A stretch of DNA of 38,781 nt from Flavobacteriales bacterium (GTDB lineage: Bacteria; Bacteroidota; Bacteroidia; CAMBQF01). The notes beneath the pieces are model-generated. The model was not told where the DNA came from. It searched no databases and saw nothing but the letters and a program-made list of their open reading frames with translations. Positions 8,075 to 17,054 of this stretch are shown piece by piece. Position numbers and translations under genes: made by a program. Numbering within the stretch: the first letter of the stretch is position 1; every line of letters starts with the position of its first letter. The DNA lies in the NCBI GenBank assembly GCA_031412115.1, contig JANOCJ010000103.1, positions 1 through 38,781 on the forward strand, read 5' to 3'.

Positions 8075-8180
8075 GCTAAATTAAATTTGTTTACAATACC
8101 GTAGTCGTTATAGAATGCTTTTCCTTACAAAAAGTTTAAATTTTCGTCACATTGAGCTTGTTGAAATATGATAAAATTCA

Positions 8181-8280
8181 GGGCGTTGCCGCAAAGCATA
8201 CTTTGCGGCCGGGCTATATGCTGCAAGTTCTCGCTACCGCTTTAGCGGTTGCTGCGGGCTTTGCGCTTCTATCCCTAACG
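8181..8280. other. GC-rich, hairpin-dense intergenic element (REP-like or small-RNA-like)
   Basis: Perfect 9-bp stem gccgcaaag-cata-ctttgcggc (8188..8209). 6-bp stem accgct-tt-agcggt (8236..8249). Clearly more GC-rich than the flanking AT-rich spacer. Lies between the MBOAT stop and the msrBA start. Confidence 0.5.
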
Positions 8281-8288
8281 CAATAACT

Positions 8289-8320
8289 CCCTCTCCATTA
8301 GGAGAGGGTTAGGGTGAGGT
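8289..8320. repeat. hairpin plus GGGTGAGG element (copy 2 of 3); probable terminator of the long minus-strand operon
   Basis: ccctctcc-atta-ggagaggg is a perfect 8-bp stem, followed by ttagggtgaggt. It starts 2 nt after the MBOAT stop codon (8322-8324). It is the first convincing hairpin after mreB. Confidence 0.65.
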
Positions 8321-8321
8321 A

Positions 8322-9857
8322 CTAAAACTGAAAATATATAAACGGTTGTATCTCAGCCGATTTTACCTGAATAACGATATAGGCTACAACTAATATAAGT
8401 GCAGCTTTGCCCAGCAATGGGGTTTTGGTAATGCTTACCTGCACAAAATTTTTGGTACGTTGCGGGGTAAAATGCATGGCATAGCCTATCACCATTAGTA
8501 GTATTACATTTTGGTAGCCACTTACAAAACTGCTTAGTATCTCAGGGTGAAAATCATACACAATGCGGGCCATTACCTGGTGGGCAATATCAATGCTTGG
8601 GGCGCGAAAATATATCCAGCAAAAACACACAAAGTTGAAGGTTAGCGCAATGCCTAAAATTCGCATTAGCGTGTTTTTGGGTATGGTAATAACGGTACGA
8701 ATAGCTTTATCTGCGCCCAATGCGGCGCCATGCAATGCTCCCCATAGTATAAATTGCCATGCCGCGCCGTGCCATAAGCCGCCAATAAGCATGGTTATCA
8801 TTTGGTTTACGTACTGCATAAATTTGCCCCTGCGGTTGCCGCCCAGCGATATGTACACATAATCGCGCAGCCAAAAAGATAGCGACATGTGCCAACGGCG
8901 CCAAAACTCAGTTATGCTGCCGCTTTTGTAGGGCGAGGCAAAGTTGGGTTTTAGTGTATAGCCCAGCATTTGGGCAATACCTATTGCCATGTCTGAATAG
9001 CCCGAAAAATCGCAGTAAATAACCAATGCGTAGGCATATACTGCCACCATATTTTCTAAGCCGGTATAGAGCGATGGGTCGTCAAAAACACGGTCTACAA
9101 AGTTGGTGCTGATGTAGTCAGAAATAACGGCCTTTTTAAATAAGCCTACAGCAATAAGGAAAACCGCACGGCCAAAATCTTCTTTACTGATAAAAGCAGG
9201 CTTGCGTATTTGGGGCAGAAAGTCGGCCGCACGTACAATAGGGCCTGCCACCAAGTGGGGGAAAAACGTTACAAAAAACGCATAATCAAGCAACGATTTT
9301 GTAGGCTTTAACTGCCCACGGTAAATATCAATGGTATAGCTCAGCTTTTGAAAGGTAAAGAACGAAATACCCACCGGCAGTATCATGTGGTCGAGGTTGA
9401 AATACCCCACCCAACTGTGCAGTTTTTCGCCTATGTTTCCATTTAAAATATTACTTAAACTCTCGGTATCAATACCTACGTTTTGCAGTATAAAACCGGC
9501 ATATTTAAAGTAAACCAGCGCACCTACGTTTATGAGTAAACTAACCGTTACCCATAGTTTTTTGCGGGCCTTAGTTTCTGCTTGATAGATGCGTTCCCCA
9601 ATTAAAAAATCGGCCAGTGTAGAGCCAATCAACATAAACACAATCAACCCGCCCGACTTATAATAAAACAGTAACGAGAACAATGTAAGGTACACTGTGC
9701 GCATAAAATTAGCACGGTACACAATGCCGTAGCCCACCATAAATGCGGCAAACAGCCAAACAAAAAAGCCTGTGTTAAATAGTAAAGGCTCTTTACTATT
9801 ATAGTAAAATAGTTGTTCTAATTTACTAAAGTCAATATTGGGCAATGCAAAGCTCAT
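8322..9857 (-). CDS. MBOAT family membrane-bound O-acyltransferase (AlgI/PatA/DltB-like)
   Basis: Polytopic membrane protein with the MBOAT signature FWRRWHMSLSFWLRDYVYISLGGNR and a downstream GGLWHGA. The ATGA start/stop overlap with the upstream SGNH gene points to translational coupling. Confidence 0.92.
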   Translation of the reverse strand: MSFALPNIDFSKLEQLFYYNSKEPLLFNTGFFVWLFAAFMVGYGIVYRANFMRTVYLTLFSLLFYYKSGGLIVFMLIGSTLADFLIGERIYQAETKARKKLWVTVSLLINVGALVYFKYAGFILQNVGIDTESLSNILNGNIGEKLHSWVGYFNLDHMILPVGISFFTFQKLSYTIDIYRGQLKPTKSLLDYAFFVTFFPHLVAGPIVRAADFLPQIRKPAFISKEDFGRAVFLIAVGLFKKAVISDYISTNFVDRVFDDPSLYTGLENMVAVYAYALVIYCDFSGYSDMAIGIAQMLGYTLKPNFASPYKSGSITEFWRRWHMSLSFWLRDYVYISLGGNRRGKFMQYVNQMITMLIGGLWHGAAWQFILWGALHGAALGADKAIRTVITIPKNTLMRILGIALTFNFVCFCWIYFRAPSIDIAHQVMARIVYDFHPEILSSFVSGYQNVILLMVIGYAMHFTPQRTKNFVQVSITKTPLLGKAALILVVAYIVIQVKSAEIQPFIYFQF

Positions 9858-11206
9858 TTGTTTTTATTTGCTTTATAGTCTGCGTAAGCGTTTAAAATTG
9901 CACTAAGTAACATGCGCCCCTGCATGTTGTAGCCCGCCTTGTTAAAATGCACCCCATCGCCTGCCATCATCCCGTATTTTCTCCATTTTGTGCGTGAGCC
10001 ATACCCGCCTGTAATTTCATTCATATCCCATATTGCCATGTTATAATCGGTAGCATAGCGGCGTATGGTTTTTACCACCAACGGCAAATTGGGTTGCGCG
10101 TATTTTTTCTTCTTAAAACAGTCGGGTGGGGTGGTAAGCAAAAAGCCCGTTTGTGGCGGGTAAATAGCCATTAGCCCCGTCATTAATGAGTCTATTTGTT
10201 TGTATATAAGGTTGGTGTCTAAACTGCTGCCAAAAGCTTCGTTAGTGCCAAGCGATATAATGACCAACTCGGGTTTTAAGTCGTGGGCCTCTTTAAAAAA
10301 CATAGGCGTTGCTGCCCAGTCAGAAAAGTGCGCGCCGTTAGCGCCTGCTACGTGGTATAAAACGCCCGGACTGCCATTGGTAAGCACCACGCCGTGTATA
10401 GCTGCCTGGTTTTGTTTAGCTCCGGTTTTTACATTTTGCAGAAAAATATATTCGGTTGGATAGTTGGCTATTTCAGTAAAAGCAAATGAATTTTCGCGGG
10501 TTGATTTTTTGCGGATGCTATTTTTGTCATCCAACGATAGGTCTTTGTAATAGGATATATTTACCGAATCGCCTGCTAAAATAGTGTATGCCGAATCGCC
10601 CATTTGGCAGAAAACCGTTGCGTATGCAAACTGGTAATCCATGCTGTCCTTATCATTTACTTTAATGAGTAGCGATGCAGTAGAATCGTACGTGGCAGCA
10701 AAAAAACCGCTAACGCCGCAATACTTTCTATACTGGGCCTGCACTACACGCCCGCCTGCCCAGTATCCTTTGCTATAGCCACGCACTGATGCCGAACCAT
10801 TTTGCCCTTTAATTACAGAATGAGGAAATACCAACCCTCGCCCTGCATTGCCAAAACGTTTTTGTAAACCTACGCGTATGGGTTGTGTTAGCATATCAGC
10901 CTGTATGTGCGAATCGCCAACGTGCAGCACAGATACATTGCCAATGTTTTTACTCTCCAGCCAATCCAATTTCTCAAAAAAGTAGTTGAGCGATTGGGCG
11001 TTTTCCACTACATTTTTTTCAATACTAAATATACTAGTGTCAGCTACCTGCGCCGAGAGTTGAGAGCCGAGAGCCGAGAGGATTAGAATGAAAAATGAAA
11101 AACGAAAAATGAAAAATGAAGCCTTGCTTTTTCTCTTTTTTACAGAGAAGAAGTCACTCAAACACACCGTAGGCAAGCCTTTACAGGCTTTTTTTCTTTT
11201 CCACAT
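9854..11206 (-). CDS. SGNH/GDSL-family hydrolase or acyltransferase, paralogue 2 (secreted)
   Basis: Block I VLHVGDSH (Ser99), block III ISLGTNEA, block V GDGVHF. A signal-peptide-like segment FFIFRFSFFILILSALGSQLSAQ is encoded by a 7-nt periodic tract. The exact start is uncertain because the only in-frame ATG upstream of the catalytic core is at 11206. Confidence 0.8.
   Translation of the reverse strand: MWKRKKACKGLPTVCLSDFFSVKKRKSKASFFIFRFSFFILILSALGSQLSAQVADTSIFSIEKNVVENAQSLNYFFEKLDWLESKNIGNVSVLHVGDSHIQADMLTQPIRVGLQKRFGNAGRGLVFPHSVIKGQNGSASVRGYSKGYWAGGRVVQAQYRKYCGVSGFFAATYDSTASLLIKVNDKDSMDYQFAYATVFCQMGDSAYTILAGDSVNISYYKDLSLDDKNSIRKKSTRENSFAFTEIANYPTEYIFLQNVKTGAKQNQAAIHGVVLTNGSPGVLYHVAGANGAHFSDWAATPMFFKEAHDLKPELVIISLGTNEAFGSSLDTNLIYKQIDSLMTGLMAIYPPQTGFLLTTPPDCFKKKKYAQPNLPLVVKTIRRYATDYNMAIWDMNEITGGYGSRTKWRKYGMMAGDGVHFNKAGYNMQGRMLLSAILNAYADYKANKNK
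11052..11121 (+). repeat. 7-nt-periodic tract: (GCCGAGA-like) x4, spacer, (AATGAAA-like) x5
   Basis: gccgaga gttgaga gccgaga gccgaga ggattag aatgaaa aatgaaa aacgaaa aatgaaa aatgaag. The first 30 nt are 26/30 identical by hand alignment to the reverse complement of 18283..18312. Confidence 0.85.
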
Positions 11207-12512
11207 ATTTATACTTCTCGTACAATATTGTCTCCATTAATATTTTGGCAATTTGCTTGCCACCACTAAATTTTAAGTGGGTATAATCCTTATTGGCCCA
11301 TCCTTTATCGGCATACGTTACCATCGATTTTTCGCCACCCATTGCCTCAAATAAATTCCAAAAAGCAATACCGGTTTCACTGGCTATGCGGCGTTGGCTT
11401 TCTACCAGCAGCGGTATGCTTTTCATTGTAACATATTCGCCGTTCTTTTTGGTGCTTCGGTCGCTAACGCTAACCAGCAAAATGGTAGCGCCGGGGCAGT
11501 TTTTCTTTAAACGGTTTATTACCTTAATCATGTTATTCTCGTATGCCGTAAACTTGGTAGTACCTTCGGCAGCAACATTTAAGCCGTATTGCAATACAAT
11601 TAGTTTATACCCGCGTAGCGAGTCAAATTCGGCCATCATATCTTCTCCTACATTCAATAGTGCCATACCCGAGTTTCCGCGCAGCGAAAGGTTATCTACG
11701 CTAATACCCGTTGTATCTTCTAATGCTATGCCGTATATCTCGCCACCGCCACCAAAGCTAAATGCGGTGTTGCGTATGCTGTCTTTTTTAATCTGTACTA
11801 AGCCCACTTTTTTAGTAGCAACAAGCGTAAAGCTTTGCGCACCTTTACTGTTTATATTGCAGCTTACAGTAGTATTTGCGCCGCTGCGGTAGTATATGTT
11901 TATGCAGTTAAAGCGGCTAAGCCTTGGGTTTGATTTTATAGCCCCAAAATTTAACGTAGCGCCTGCCGCCGGTACAAATGTGTTGCATGCAAAACCTAAC
12001 GATGCGTTGGCCGGTTTACCCTCTAAAGCCGTGTACGTTGTAAAACCGCTAAAGTTGTGGGTAACCGTTTGGCGAAACTGGTTTACCATTGATGTAACGG
12101 GCATTAAGCCTACACCATGGCCGCCATACAGGCTTTGCAACGAATCGCGCAGGGTGGCGGTAATAATATCGCCCTCAATAAACGAGTCGCCAAAATAGCC
12201 AATGCGTACTGCTGTTTGCTTGGTAGAATCTAAATGCAGCAAGGCATCCAGAAAGTTATTGAGCGCGTTTTTATCCTTGCTATAATCTTCAAAACAGGTA
12301 ATGCCGGTTTTGCAGGTATCTACAAACTGGGGTTTTACTTTTTTAGCAGCCAAGGTGCTATCTATAATTTCCTTTTCTACGTCAGAAAACAGGTTGACTG
12401 GCTTAAAGGTGTGGCCAAAAAGGGTAAACTCTGTGGTGATGAATGACAGGCCCACTAATACAACAAACACTATTAAAACCAAGCCAAACGACTGTCTAAT
12501 GTAATTCTTCAT
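11181..12512 (-). CDS. SGNH/GDSL-family hydrolase or acyltransferase, paralogue 1 (N-terminal membrane anchor)
   Basis: N-terminal TM segment FGLVLIVFVVLVGLSFI. Block I IGYFGDSFIEGD (Ser110), block II GISVDNLSLRGNSG, block III VLQYGLNVA, block V KDYTHL. The start lies 8 nt after the rodA stop. Confidence 0.85.
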   Translation of the reverse strand: MKNYIRQSFGLVLIVFVVLVGLSFITTEFTLFGHTFKPVNLFSDVEKEIIDSTLAAKKVKPQFVDTCKTGITCFEDYSKDKNALNNFLDALLHLDSTKQTAVRIGYFGDSFIEGDIITATLRDSLQSLYGGHGVGLMPVTSMVNQFRQTVTHNFSGFTTYTALEGKPANASLGFACNTFVPAAGATLNFGAIKSNPRLSRFNCINIYYRSGANTTVSCNINSKGAQSFTLVATKKVGLVQIKKDSIRNTAFSFGGGGEIYGIALEDTTGISVDNLSLRGNSGMALLNVGEDMMAEFDSLRGYKLIVLQYGLNVAAEGTTKFTAYENNMIKVINRLKKNCPGATILLVSVSDRSTKKNGEYVTMKSIPLLVESQRRIASETGIAFWNLFEAMGGEKSMVTYADKGWANKDYTHLKFSGGKQIAKILMETILYEKYKYVEKKKSL

Positions 12513-12520
12513 CGGGTAAT

Positions 12521-13807
12521 TTACAGAATTTGCATGCGGTACGAATCTAATCGTAACAAAATGAATAATAATATGGTGAATGATAATAACGACGACCCCC
12601 CGTAGCTAAAAAAGGGTAGGGGTATACCAATTACCGGCATAAGCCCCAACGTCATGCCCACATTTACCAATAAGTGGAAAAATATTATGGAGGCTACGCC
12701 ATAGGCATAAACGCGGGTAAACGGCGATTTTTGTCGCTCGGCTAAAAATATAATGCGCAATATGAGGAACATAAAAAGCAGCAACACGGTAGTTGTACCT
12801 ATAAAGCCCCATTCTTCGCCCACGGTGCAAAATATAAAGTCGGTGTCTTGCTCGGGCACAAAATCGTACTTGGTTTGGGTGCCTTTTAACCAACCCTTGC
12901 CCAATGCGCCGCCTGAGCCAATTGCTATTTTAGATTGATTTACGTTATATAAAACCCCTTTTTTAGCCTCTTTCATCTGGCTGGGATCTATTTTACCTAA
13001 TAGTGCAGTAATACGTATACTTTGGTGGGGCTTTAAAACCTTGGTAAAAATGTAGTTTACACTTAGCGTAAAGCCAACTGCAGCAATGGCTACAACCGTA
13101 ATGCCTATAAGGCGGCGGAACCGGCGTTTACCAAAAAAGAAAAATACCACAGCAGCCACTATGCCTATTATAGAAAATATGATGGCTTTTTGTTCTATTA
13201 CAATAGATAGGATAAATAATACCAGTACTGAAAAACCGAGCAATAAAAAGCCGCCGGGCAGCCCCTCGCGGTATAGTACCATAACCAATGCGGTATATAC
13301 CAATGCCATACCGGTTTCGTTTTGTAGCAGGATAATTACAACCGGTAAACAGATGATAGCTGCACACACAAGCCGTGTTTGCAGTTTTTCCATTTTGATG
13401 TTTACGTTGCTTAAATAGCGCGCCAGTGCAAGGCAAACCGCAAATTTTGAAAGCTCGGCCGGCTGCAAACTAAAGCCCCCGCCAAGCCTAATCCATGAGT
13501 GGGATCCTTTAATTTCGGCCCCTATAAATATGGTAGCTATAAGTAGCAGTATCATAAAGCCATATATCCAAAAGGAGAAGGTGGCAAAAAATTTACCGTC
13601 AACAAACAGTATAACCAAGGCCACCGCCAACGATATGCCGATAAACATAACCTGCTTACCGTATTGCATATTCAGGCTGAAGATGCTTTTATGCTCCTCG
13701 TTATATACCGCGGCATAAATATTAAACCACCCCATTGTTACCAATATTAGGTATATGGCAAATATGGGCCAGTCAATATTATGCAATATGCTCCGTTGCT
13801 CTCTCAC
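12521..13807 (-). CDS. rodA: SEDS-family peptidoglycan glycosyltransferase RodA
   Basis: Polytopic protein with the FtsW/RodA/SpoVE hallmarks (GSGGALGKGWLKGTQTKYDFVPEQDTDFIFCTVGEEWGFIG, PFFSYGGSS). GTG start 1 nt after the mrdA stop. Confidence 0.93.
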   Translation of the reverse strand: MREQRSILHNIDWPIFAIYLILVTMGWFNIYAAVYNEEHKSIFSLNMQYGKQVMFIGISLAVALVILFVDGKFFATFSFWIYGFMILLLIATIFIGAEIKGSHSWIRLGGGFSLQPAELSKFAVCLALARYLSNVNIKMEKLQTRLVCAAIICLPVVIILLQNETGMALVYTALVMVLYREGLPGGFLLLGFSVLVLFILSIVIEQKAIIFSIIGIVAAVVFFFFGKRRFRRLIGITVVAIAAVGFTLSVNYIFTKVLKPHQSIRITALLGKIDPSQMKEAKKGVLYNVNQSKIAIGSGGALGKGWLKGTQTKYDFVPEQDTDFIFCTVGEEWGFIGTTTVLLLFMFLILRIIFLAERQKSPFTRVYAYGVASIIFFHLLVNVGMTLGLMPVIGIPLPFFSYGGSSLLSFTILLFILLRLDSYRMQIL

Positions 13808-13808
13808 G

Positions 13809-15668
13809 TTATTCGTCCGTTGGTATTACCTTTTTCTTTACTTTCTCGTATACAGGCAATACTTTGCCTTCCATCATACGTTTTTCAAGGTCAACCCGTT
13901 TTATTTTTTTCTTCAGGTATTTTTCAATCATTAAACTGGCAATAGGCGCAGCCCATGTAGCTCCAAAGCCTGCATTCTCTACATACACAGCTACGGCTAT
14001 TTTAGGGTTATCTAATGGCCCAAAACATATAAAAATAGAGTGGTCTTTACCATGTGGATTTTGAGCCGTACCTGTTTTGCCGCCCAATTTAATACTGTCT
14101 ATCTGCGCAATGCGGCCCGTACCATTGGTCATTACATTGCCCATGGCCGCTACCACAATGTCAAAGTTTTTACGCTCTACCTTGGTATAATTCTTTTTGC
14201 CGAAGCGTGGGTCATACTGCCCAACGGTTTGGTTGCCAATTTTTTTAATGGCGTGTGGCAGGTAATAATAGCCACGGTTGGCCAGCGTAGCACACATATT
14301 GGCCATTTGCAAAGGGGTAAGCAGCATCTCGCCCTGGCCAATGCCCAACGATATAACCGATAAGCCCCGCCAGCGGCCTTTGCCATACATTTTGTTATAA
14401 TATTCAGCACTGGGTACGTTGCCTTTCAATTCGTTGGGTAAGTCACACGGCAACCGCGCGCCCAAGCCAAAGCTCATAATATATTCGCGCCATTTGCGGT
14501 AGCCGGCCTCTGATGGTTTATAATGCTCTACCTGGTTGCGGAAAACGTTGCAAAAGTAGCCGTTGCACGATGTGGTAATAGCCCCCAGTAAATCTAGCGG
14601 GCTTGCGTGGGCGTGGCAACCTACGTGTACACCGCCCATACTAAAGCCGCGGTTGCAGCCATAGCGTGTTTCGGGGAAAAGCGTGCCATCTTGAAGGCCT
14701 ACCAGGGCGTTTATTAACTTAAATGTAGAACCCGGGGGGTACATAGCCATTAATGCGCGGTTAAACAGCGGCTTGGCCGAGTCCAGTTCCAGCTTGCGGT
14801 AGTTTTTAGAAAACTCGTGTCCTACCAATAAGTTAGGGTCGTATGTAGGGCTTGATACCAATGCCAAAATTTCGCCGGTGGCAGGCTCAATAGCTACAAT
14901 AGAGCCTATTTTATTCTTCATCAGCTTTTCCCCATATTCCTGTAGGTCAAGGTCAATGCTTGATATAAGGTCAACCCCGGCAACGCCCAAGGTGTCAAAC
15001 TTACCATTGGCAAAGGGCGCACGCTCGCGGTTAAATACGTCTTTCTCAATATGGCGCACCCCGCGTATACCACGCAAAGGTTCTTCGTACGATTTTTCAA
15101 TCCCGCTCAAGCCAATATAATCGCCCATTAAGTAATAAGGGTTCTTTTCTATAATGCGCTCGTTTACCTCGCCTACATAGCCCAGTAAATGGGCGCCAAT
15201 GCCTTTAGGGTAATTACGTATGGTACGCGATTGCACATAGAAACCTTCAAAGTCGTAAAGCTTTTCCTGCAAGGCAGCATAAGCGCGACCCGATAGCTGA
15301 GCCTCAAAAATGGCGGGTTGGTAAGTTGCGGGGTTTTGTTTTTTTAGGCGTTTAAAACGGTCAACAAACTCTACGGTGGTAATATTTAACAACCGGCAAA
15401 GTTCAAGCGTATCGCAATTTTTTACCTGGTTAGGTACTACCATTAAATCATAAGCAGCCTGGTTGGCTACCAGCAACTGCTTGCCGTAACGGTCATAAAC
15501 AACACCACGCGGCGGATAATCTACAATGCGTCGTATGGCCTGGTTAACAGCCATAATTTTATACTTATCATCAACTATCTGAATATAGAATAGCCGTGCT
15601 ATGTATAGCAAAACAACGGCTACAACAATGCCGCCAATTAGGTAACGCCTAGAGCCGAGCTGGTTCAT
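13809..15668 (-). CDS. mrdA: penicillin-binding protein 2 (elongasome transpeptidase)
   Basis: N-terminal anchor, then transpeptidase motifs STFK (PGSTFKLINAL), SxN (TSCNGYF) and KTG (GGKTGTAQ). ATGA overlap with mreD. Confidence 0.93.
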   Translation of the reverse strand: MNQLGSRRYLIGGIVVAVVLLYIARLFYIQIVDDKYKIMAVNQAIRRIVDYPPRGVVYDRYGKQLLVANQAAYDLMVVPNQVKNCDTLELCRLLNITTVEFVDRFKRLKKQNPATYQPAIFEAQLSGRAYAALQEKLYDFEGFYVQSRTIRNYPKGIGAHLLGYVGEVNERIIEKNPYYLMGDYIGLSGIEKSYEEPLRGIRGVRHIEKDVFNRERAPFANGKFDTLGVAGVDLISSIDLDLQEYGEKLMKNKIGSIVAIEPATGEILALVSSPTYDPNLLVGHEFSKNYRKLELDSAKPLFNRALMAMYPPGSTFKLINALVGLQDGTLFPETRYGCNRGFSMGGVHVGCHAHASPLDLLGAITTSCNGYFCNVFRNQVEHYKPSEAGYRKWREYIMSFGLGARLPCDLPNELKGNVPSAEYYNKMYGKGRWRGLSVISLGIGQGEMLLTPLQMANMCATLANRGYYYLPHAIKKIGNQTVGQYDPRFGKKNYTKVERKNFDIVVAAMGNVMTNGTGRIAQIDSIKLGGKTGTAQNPHGKDHSIFICFGPLDNPKIAVAVYVENAGFGATWAAPIASLMIEKYLKKKIKRVDLEKRMMEGKVLPVYEKVKKKVIPTDE

Positions 15669-16180
15669 GAATTGGATTTACTCCTTGAGAAAAACTGCTG
15701 GCTAATTAAAATCAAAATAAGGGTAAATGCGCTGCTGGCGAAAATTTTTATAAACATGTGTATCAACTCTGCAAAGCGGAAATACTCTATAAAAAACAGT
15801 ACAAAATGGTGTACAAAAACCAATACCCCTGCATATACCAAATACTTGGGCAGCCCTAAATGTTGTAATGATGGTTTAAAATAATCTACCCCCTCGCGCG
15901 GAGAGATAAGTTTAATCATGCCCGGGCGCAACAGGCCTACAAAAAGGCAGGCAGTAGTATGCATGCCCAAGGTATCGCCAAACATATCCATTATTAAACC
16001 GGTAATAAAGGCAAGCACCAATACCAGGCCGCGTGGGGTTTCTATGGGCAATGAAAGGATAAATAGCACATACAAAAACGGGTTGAGGTAAACACTCAAC
16101 TGTATTTTGTTAAGCACCAAAATCTGCAAGGCCAGTAGCAGAAAAAAGCGGAATATATTTTTAATTATCTCAATTCCCAT
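15665..16180 (-). CDS. mreD: rod shape-determining protein MreD
   Basis: 171-aa polytopic membrane protein between mreC and mrdA. Overlaps mreC by 11 nt. Called from size, topology and position. Confidence 0.8.
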   Translation of the reverse strand: MGIEIIKNIFRFFLLLALQILVLNKIQLSVYLNPFLYVLFILSLPIETPRGLVLVLAFITGLIMDMFGDTLGMHTTACLFVGLLRPGMIKLISPREGVDYFKPSLQHLGLPKYLVYAGVLVFVHHFVLFFIEYFRFAELIHMFIKIFASSAFTLILILISQQFFSRSKSNS

Positions 16181-17024
16181 TGGCGTCGTGCTCTACTGCT
16201 TTAATCGTTTTTTCTTCCAATGTATCGCGCTCGGCGCGGGTAAAATCACTAATTACATACACATGGGTAAGGCTGCTGAAATTGGTAGACAGTTTTACCC
16301 TGATAAGATGAAATGCATCGTTCGATTTTTCTTCCAGCCTGTCAACCGTGCCCACCATAATCCCTTCCGGAAAAATATCGCTAAAGCTGGTGGTAACAAT
16401 CGTATCGCCTTGTTTAAGTTTTACGTAGATGGCAATATCGCGCAAATAGGCGTAGTCAGGGTTAGTTCCATCCCATGCCAACGAGCCAAAATTATCAGTT
16501 TTCTGTAGCTTGGCGCTCACCCTTACCGCTTTGTGCAAAAGCGATAGTACGGTAGAGTAATTCTGTGACACATCTTTTACCACACCTACAATACCGTTGG
16601 GCGATATAACGGCCATTTGGGGTTTTATACCATGCAGGCTGCCTTTGTTTAGGGTAATGTAGTTGTTACGGCGGTCGGTAGAGTTATTGATAACCTTGGC
16701 CGCGGTGTAATTATACTTTAACAGGTGGATGGTATCGTCTTTCTCAAAAAACTTTTTGTTGGCTATTTCATAAGCCGAGCGAGATTGTGAGCGCAGGCGG
16801 GCATTCTCTTCGGCCAACAGGGCGTTGGCTTTTTTAAGGGCAAAATAATCGGTTACTTCCGACTCGGCCTCTAAAACTTTACCCGAAACATTGTTCGCTG
16901 AATTGATGTATGCGGCTTTGTGGTAGTTATTATTGCTAAAAAGCAATAGTAGCGATACCCCGAATAGCAGGATAAATAGAATGAAAAACCACGAGCGTAT
17001 AACAAAATTGATGAAGTTTCTCAT
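16170..17024 (-). CDS. mreC: rod shape-determining protein MreC
   Basis: N-terminal TM segment, coiled-coil stretch (LKKANALLAEENARLRSQ), then beta-rich domains with GIVGVV and GDTIVTS-like motifs. Located directly after mreB. Confidence 0.88.
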   Translation of the reverse strand: MRNFINFVIRSWFFILFILLFGVSLLLLFSNNNYHKAAYINSANNVSGKVLEAESEVTDYFALKKANALLAEENARLRSQSRSAYEIANKKFFEKDDTIHLLKYNYTAAKVINNSTDRRNNYITLNKGSLHGIKPQMAVISPNGIVGVVKDVSQNYSTVLSLLHKAVRVSAKLQKTDNFGSLAWDGTNPDYAYLRDIAIYVKLKQGDTIVTTSFSDIFPEGIMVGTVDRLEEKSNDAFHLIRVKLSTNFSSLTHVYVISDFTRAERDTLEEKTIKAVEHDANGN

Positions 17025-17054
17025 GCTGCAAAAATAGCCCGGCTATTAAAGGCG

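Noticed and set aside
11052-11121. Heptamer arrays as a CRISPR array or a classical phase-variation switch
   Set aside because: The 7-nt period with no spacers is incompatible with CRISPR. For slipped-strand switching the units are too degenerate, with at most two perfect copies in a row. I keep phase variation only as a low-probability note.
11293-11892. Long antisense ORFs. This one is 199 aa; others are 18379..18987, 20873..21406, 17404..17847, 3056..3421, 6345..6701, 8563..8862, 13086..13418, 23675..24264 and 33069..33422.
   Set aside because: All lie entirely opposite genes with strong family motifs, have low-complexity or Ser/Pro/Ala-biased translations, and show no motifs. They are typical shadow ORFs.
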